Virus record (IMG/VR): IMGVR_UViG_3300035661_000001
Span: 248,001-312,000 of that record
Strand: one strand, 5' to 3'
Length of the DNA: 64,000 bases
Part shown: piece after piece, positions 59,588 to 64,000 of the stretch
Layout: each line of letters begins with the position of its first letter
Numbering within the stretch: the first letter of the stretch is position 1
Notes under the pieces: generated by a model
Database searches by the model: none
Seen by the model: the letters and a program-made list of their open reading frames with translations, nothing else
Told to the model about the DNA's origin: nothing
Program-made: the position numbers and the translations under genes

Positions 59588-60180
59588 ATGGATACTATTG
59601 ATCATCTTGTTAAGATAGCGGATAAGTTTGAAAAAAATCAACTCAATATGTGTACCACATAAAAAGCAATGATTTTCGTGGTAAATACATTTATCCGCTA
59701 TCTGAATTATAAGATGTTTATTCGGACCTATATAAAAAAGAAATTAAAAAATATAAGGGGAGAGAAAAACATCCCGAAACAAAAATTGATATCTTAGGTG
59801 CAAGGTGGAAGGATTGCACAATTCTTTCCACTTTAAATCCTATTAAGATATTTCAAATGGAAGAACTGTTAGGTGTCCCTGGATATAAAAACAGTAAAGA
59901 TACTGAAGTTTTTAGATTTGATATTAAAGATCTAGTAGATTCAATAATGTGCTTATATGATGATAACAAGTCGCCAAGAAGCAAAGATGCTTATAAAAAG
60001 GTAACTAGTAAATCATATAAAGAAACACAATTTGTCCCTCCAGAAACAACTAAGTATTTTGCAGAATGCAGAATGCAAAATGAGTACCCATTACTTTTTG
60101 GTAATGTTACTCATTTATTAGTATTAGGAAAAATTCCCACTAGTAAAGCTAAGATATTAAAATTTAAAGCAACCTTATGA
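59588..60180 (+). pseudogene. Disrupted gene (frameshift plus nonsense codon)
   Basis: TAAGGT RBS + ATG 59588; one extra A in the A7 run 59631-37 joins it to the frame of ORF 59857-60180, which has an in-frame TAA at 59710-12. Confidence 0.75.
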
Positions 60181-60181
60181 A

Positions 60182-60871
60182 TTATAAATTTGTTATAGTT
60201 TTATTTTCTAATTCTATCAAAACATTTACCATAGCTATGGTTTGTATTTGAGAGTAAACGTCACTTTTAAGATAATTACAATGAGAACAACAAGATACTA
60301 TATTTTCTACAACATAACCTATTTTATTATTTAATCGGTCTAACCCACAGCCAGTCCCTATTTCATTTTTTCTAAAATGATCATTGCAATAAAAACAAGG
60401 TTTAATGACTTCCTGTGAAAATTGTTCAAATGTTAAATTAAATTCTCTATTTCGTTTTTTCGCAGCGCCCTTAGCAGTTCTAAATCTACCTTTTAATGTT
60501 TTATTTTGAGCCCTATGATATTCTTTTAATTTTTCTTGGTTTATTATAGAATATTGTTTATTATATTTAGATTTTTCTTTTTTATGTTCATCTTTGTATT
60601 TTTTTATTGATTCTTCTTTATTATCATAATAATAGTCAATGGACTTTTGTTTAATGTCTTCTTCATTATTTTTATAATACTCTTTTCGTTTTTCTGAATT
60701 TTCTTCTTTATTTTCTTGATACCATTTTTCTTGATACTCTTTTCGTTCATTTTTATGTGATTCTCTATATTCTTTTTGTTCTCTTTTAATTTTATCTCTA
60801 TTGGCATCTCTGTATTTTTTTGCCGCCACCCGAGCACGTATCTTTTTTTCTTCATCTGTCAATTGGGTCAT
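60182..60871 (-). mobile_element. HNH endonuclease with 15-aa helical repeats
   Basis: CFYC...GLDRLNNKIGY...NIVSCCSHCNYLK; GAGGAGG RBS. Confidence 0.85.
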
Positions 60872-60925
60872 ATCAATTACCTCCTCAACATTATATCAGA
60901 ATATACATAGATATTTTTTAGGGCG

Positions 60926-61255
60926 TCATTTTTTAACAAAAATTTGTATGATCTGGATAACTAGGCTTAGTAATCCAGTGACGAAAAGAACCTGAATTTT
61001 AAATAGATCTTTGCTTATTTCTTCAGTTTGTTTAATCAATTTATCGATTTTTGCATCAGTGTCGCCATTTTGAGATTCCACATCATCGAATCTGGAATCT
61101 AAAACATCTTGTTGTTTTTTGCCGGCATTTAATAATGAAATTATTTCTTCATTTTGCTCAACCATTTCGGCTTCTATTTCTATGGCTTTTTTGTTTACTT
61201 CTAAGAATACTTCTAAGTCTTTTTTATTTATTTGTTCATTTGTATTGCCAGCCAC
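60926..61255 (-). CDS. Coiled-coil protein with C-terminal transmembrane helix (XhlA/holin-like?)
   Basis: AAGGAG RBS + GTG; IQVLFVTGLLSLVIQIIQIFV then KK. Confidence 0.55.
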   Translation of the reverse strand: MAGNTNEQINKKDLEVFLEVNKKAIEIEAEMVEQNEEIISLLNAGKKQQDVLDSRFDDVESQNGDTDAKIDKLIKQTEEISKDLFKIQVLFVTGLLSLVIQIIQIFVKK

Positions 61256-61267
61256 AAAAGTCTCCTT

Positions 61268-61450
61268 TTAAATTTGTTTCTTTTCACCTTTTCTTTCTTT
61301 TATTTTTTCGATAGCACGTTCACACTTATCTTTTAATTCTTCATAACTATGAACCATTTCATCAACCGAATCGGTATCGCCATTTGCCCAATCTGTTGTT
61401 ATTATTTTTGAAACTATATTATTAATCTGTCCGCGGGTCGTCATAATCAT
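61268..61450 (-). CDS. Hypothetical protein
   Basis: 60 aa; ATGA-coupled to upstream minus-strand gene. Confidence 0.6.
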   Translation of the reverse strand: MIMTTRGQINNIVSKIITTDWANGDTDSVDEMVHSYEELKDKCERAIEKIKERKGEKKQI

Positions 61451-61836
61451 CCTTTTTTGATAAGCGGTTGGGCATCCATCTCTGCCAATTCAGCATTTTG
61501 ATTTGCATATTCAGCATCACTTAGATTTAGCTCTTCATAATTTTCTTCTTTAATAGATAATATTGATCTATCTCTTGAAGGAAATGTTTCGTCTCTTTTA
61601 AAGAGTAGATTTTTATTTTCTATTTCTGGAGCAACCCGCCTAACACAAATTTTGTTTCTTTTCTTGAATAAAGACCCGGATTCAAATGATTTGAATAATT
61701 GTTCTTTAGAAAAAGAGAAATGTTTCTTATTTAACAGATCGACTGAAGACATTGCTTTTATCGTTACATTTAAGTCTGCTAAGCTAACATTCATTGTGGA
61801 AACATTAGTTACCCAGAAAGACTCGCTATTTTTCAT
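61447..61836 (-). CDS. Hypothetical protein sharing a domain with 49750-50400
   Basis: FWVTNVS...DLL...S...LFKSFESGSL. Confidence 0.65.
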   Translation of the reverse strand: MKNSESFWVTNVSTMNVSLADLNVTIKAMSSVDLLNKKHFSFSKEQLFKSFESGSLFKKRNKICVRRVAPEIENKNLLFKRDETFPSRDRSILSIKEENYEELNLSDAEYANQNAELAEMDAQPLIKKG

Positions 61837-61903
61837 TTATCATAATGATAGGTTATTCATAAGTTTTTAGTTATATTAAGATATTAATTGTAGCGAGGAT
61901 TTT

Positions 61904-62239
61904 GTGCAAACACTTAACTATTTTCCGGGACAAAGAGTAACAATTTTTTTGGAAACAGTCGACGGCTATGGAGCTAGATCTGATAGTTTATCCATGCCTT
62001 TAGTTAATAGAGTAATTTTTCCTAGTCTTACTTTAGCTTCTGCTTATCCACAACCAATGACTCAATTAGATATTGGTTTATATTATTACCAATTCATTTT
62101 ACCTACAGGAGCTATTTCGATAGGAAATTATTTAGTAGATGTAGTCTTTACTAATCCTGCAAATAATACAATTACTACCACTGGTTATCAAATTGTTGTT
62201 TCCGCACCTTTTGGTAATTTTTCTACAACAATAGGATAA
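61904..62239 (+). CDS. Small Ig-like structural protein
   Basis: GAGGA RBS + GTG; GLYYYQFILP...GNYLVDV beta-sandwich pattern. Confidence 0.6.
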   Translation: MQTLNYFPGQRVTIFLETVDGYGARSDSLSMPLVNRVIFPSLTLASAYPQPMTQLDIGLYYYQFILPTGAISIGNYLVDVVFTNPANNTITTTGYQIVVSAPFGNFSTTIG

Positions 62240-62243
62240 ACCA

Positions 62244-63143
62244 ATGTCAATTAAAGCTCGTGGGGAAGTTATTGATGTTACAGATCAAGTTAATTTAACT
62301 GTTCAATTCAAAGACACAGTAGGTAATCCTATAGATACTGATTCATTTCCTCAAGTGTCCATAGTCCAGCCTAGCGGTTTACTTGCGCTTGCACCTACCT
62401 CAGCCGGGGTCGCTAAAGTTGGCGCAGGTAAATACTCATTTATTTATACAATCCCTATTAATGGACCCTATGGAGTGTTTAACGATATTTGGAGTGGTTT
62501 TATAAATGGTTTCCATATAGAAACTACTTTTTCTTTTATCGTAATACATACTCAGACTCCTGCTATAAACACTGACGGATATATGCATTTAGGAGATGAT
62601 GTACCTTTTAATTATTCTCAATGTGCGACTTTAAATATTAATAAATTAATCAAGTCTCTTAAAGCTAGATTAAATAGTTCTGGCAAAGCTAAATCAACAG
62701 ATTCATATGGAAACGTTGTCTATGTAGATTGTGATATTTTTTCTATTGATATGTTGACTACATTTTTAGCTACTGCATTGTGGGATTTTAATCAAGTTCC
62801 ATATTTTACAGGGTTCACATTTGATGATGATGGTTTCGTTGATCAGTTTGGGGAAATTTTAGTTGAATATGCTACACTACAAGCTTTAGCATCTAAAGCT
62901 TTAATAGAAAGAGGTCGTGAATTTCAATTCACAGATAATGGATTGAATTTTAATCCACCTACAGTAAGCGAATTAATGACTACACAGTATAGTACGTTAC
63001 TGAGTCACTACTTCGAAAAACTCAAGATGATCAAAGCGTCACTTCGTCCTAGCCCGAAAGGATTAGGTATATGGGGTATGACAAATGGAGCTAATCCGGC
63101 ATTCAGAAGATTACGTCACTTGAGACAAAGACAGATAATTTAA
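62244..63143 (+). CDS. Putative neck/head-tail adaptor with N-terminal Ig-like domain
   Basis: N-terminal GKYSFIYTIP...GVFNDIW; C-terminal helical domain (FSIDML...ALWDFNQVP, TDNGLNF). Confidence 0.55.
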   Translation: MSIKARGEVIDVTDQVNLTVQFKDTVGNPIDTDSFPQVSIVQPSGLLALAPTSAGVAKVGAGKYSFIYTIPINGPYGVFNDIWSGFINGFHIETTFSFIVIHTQTPAINTDGYMHLGDDVPFNYSQCATLNINKLIKSLKARLNSSGKAKSTDSYGNVVYVDCDIFSIDMLTTFLATALWDFNQVPYFTGFTFDDDGFVDQFGEILVEYATLQALASKALIERGREFQFTDNGLNFNPPTVSELMTTQYSTLLSHYFEKLKMIKASLRPSPKGLGIWGMTNGANPAFRRLRHLRQRQII

Positions 63144-63940
63144 TGTCGAACTCTAGTTACGCCATCCAAGAAATTTTGTTTAGAGGAATAAGGTCTCAAA
63201 TTATCTAAAGCCCAACATTTCTTAAAATTATCATCTTCCATAGAGATATATTTAAATGTTGATTTTGGAATGATATGATCTATCTGCCATGTCCATGTAG
63301 ATTGATCATCATCATTCCATTTTTTTGCATTATATGCTCCATGATTTTTCCATGTCATCCACGGCTCAAATAATGATTCTAAATGTAATTTTAATATTAA
63401 TATTGAATACTGCAGATAATCTAAACAAGAATTTCCGCCTTTAGATGATCCATTAGATTTCAAATGGAAATTTATATTAGCTGATACTGTAGTTCTAATT
63501 TTGAAATTTGTATTTGTTAATCTTTTATTTTTATTGTAGAAATTACTATATATTCTAATACTGTTTTTATTTTGTATATAATATTTTTTTGCGCCACATA
63601 TAAGTGTTTCTTTATTATTTTGATAATATAGTTTATTATAATCCTGTTTTTCTTCTTTATGTTCTTGATAGTATTCTTTTCTATCTTCGATTATCTCTTT
63701 TTTGTTTTCCTGATAGTATTCTTTTTTATCTTGTAATATTTTTTCTTTATTTTCTTTATAATAGGACGCATCATAGTCTGACTGATATTGTTTCATTTTT
63801 TCTAAATTTTTACTTTTAAATTCACGCATGTAGTTAGTGTTGCATTCTCTGCACCAACCGCCGCTCTTTTTGTAGTGAGATTCTGAAAAATCTTTTTTGT
63901 TTTTGAAATCTTTGCATTTGCCGCATTTTTTATTATTCAT
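63140..63940 (-). mobile_element. HNH-family homing endonuclease, paralog of 5801-6529
   Basis: CGKC...CREC, five to six 15-aa repeats, WQIDHIIP...NLRPY. Confidence 0.85.
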
Positions 63941-64000
63941 ACAATGAATATAACATTATTGGTAGAAGTTGAAAATTAATCTTATTATATGCGATTATTT

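Noticed and set aside
59627-59640. Programmed -1 frameshift at A AAA AAT
   Set aside because: The shifted frame meets an in-frame TAA at 59710 and no stimulatory structure is evident; pseudogenisation is simpler.
266-63819. Many short ORFs on the opposite strand or alternate frames in the track (e.g. 2051-2425, 33553-33993, 36133-36480, 37872-38180, 60604-60855, 63604-63819)
   Set aside because: They lie wholly within well-supported genes, lack RBSs and motifs, and mirror low-complexity sequence (shadow ORFs).
1-64000. Stop-codon reassignment, as seen in some large phages
   Set aside because: Code 11 gives long, densely packed, full-length genes; TAA, TGA and TAG all end genes at sensible places.
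1-64000. tRNA genes, CRISPR array, rRNA
   Set aside because: No cloverleaf/T-loop pattern, regularly spaced repeats or sufficiently large intergenic space seen by eye; tRNAscan not run.
1-64000. Eukaryotic giant virus or bacterial chromosome origin
   Set aside because: Shine-Dalgarno sites, coupled operons, DnaE/DnaG and terminase-portal-HK97 capsid point to a tailed phage; no housekeeping operons.

Overview
This AT-rich window (roughly 30% GC by eye) is an internal slice of a large tailed dsDNA bacteriophage, probably a jumbo phage, using standard genetic code 11. No rRNA, tRNA or CRISPR array was seen. Bases 1-13.7 kb are a replication/recombination module: DnaE-type DNA polymerase (cut by the window edge), RecA/UvsX, a gp32-like SSB, RuvC, class A DnaJ, a primase lacking its zinc domain and a sigma-region-4 protein. 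Bases 13.8-49.7 kb are an unusually large head-morphogenesis region: terminase, portal, a 1219-aa prohead protease-scaffold fusion, two decoration-protein paralogs, an HK97-type major capsid protein and about 25 uncharacterised proteins. A CCA/poly(A)-type nucleotidyltransferase, a Cys-based phosphatase and a GH73-like glycosidase are embedded among them. Bases 49.7-63.1 kb hold fibre-like and neck genes, a cold-shock protein, a pseudogene and a small inverted block. Nine free-standing HNH/GIY-YIG endonuclease genes are scattered throughout. The strongest unexplained signal is a coordinated 'internal head protein' system. It has a recurring hydrophobic-x-K-x-[A/G/S] motif at N-termini and domain junctions of head proteins, including capsid and portal (putative maturation cleavage site). 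It also has shared short modules (helical hairpin, YFQGTEEPTP, AHP domain), hydrophobic segments starting right at predicted cleavage sites (possible ejection channel), a candidate late promoter (AATA-N6-TAT) and RBS-occluding hairpins. All family calls come from motif recognition by eye; no database searches were run.
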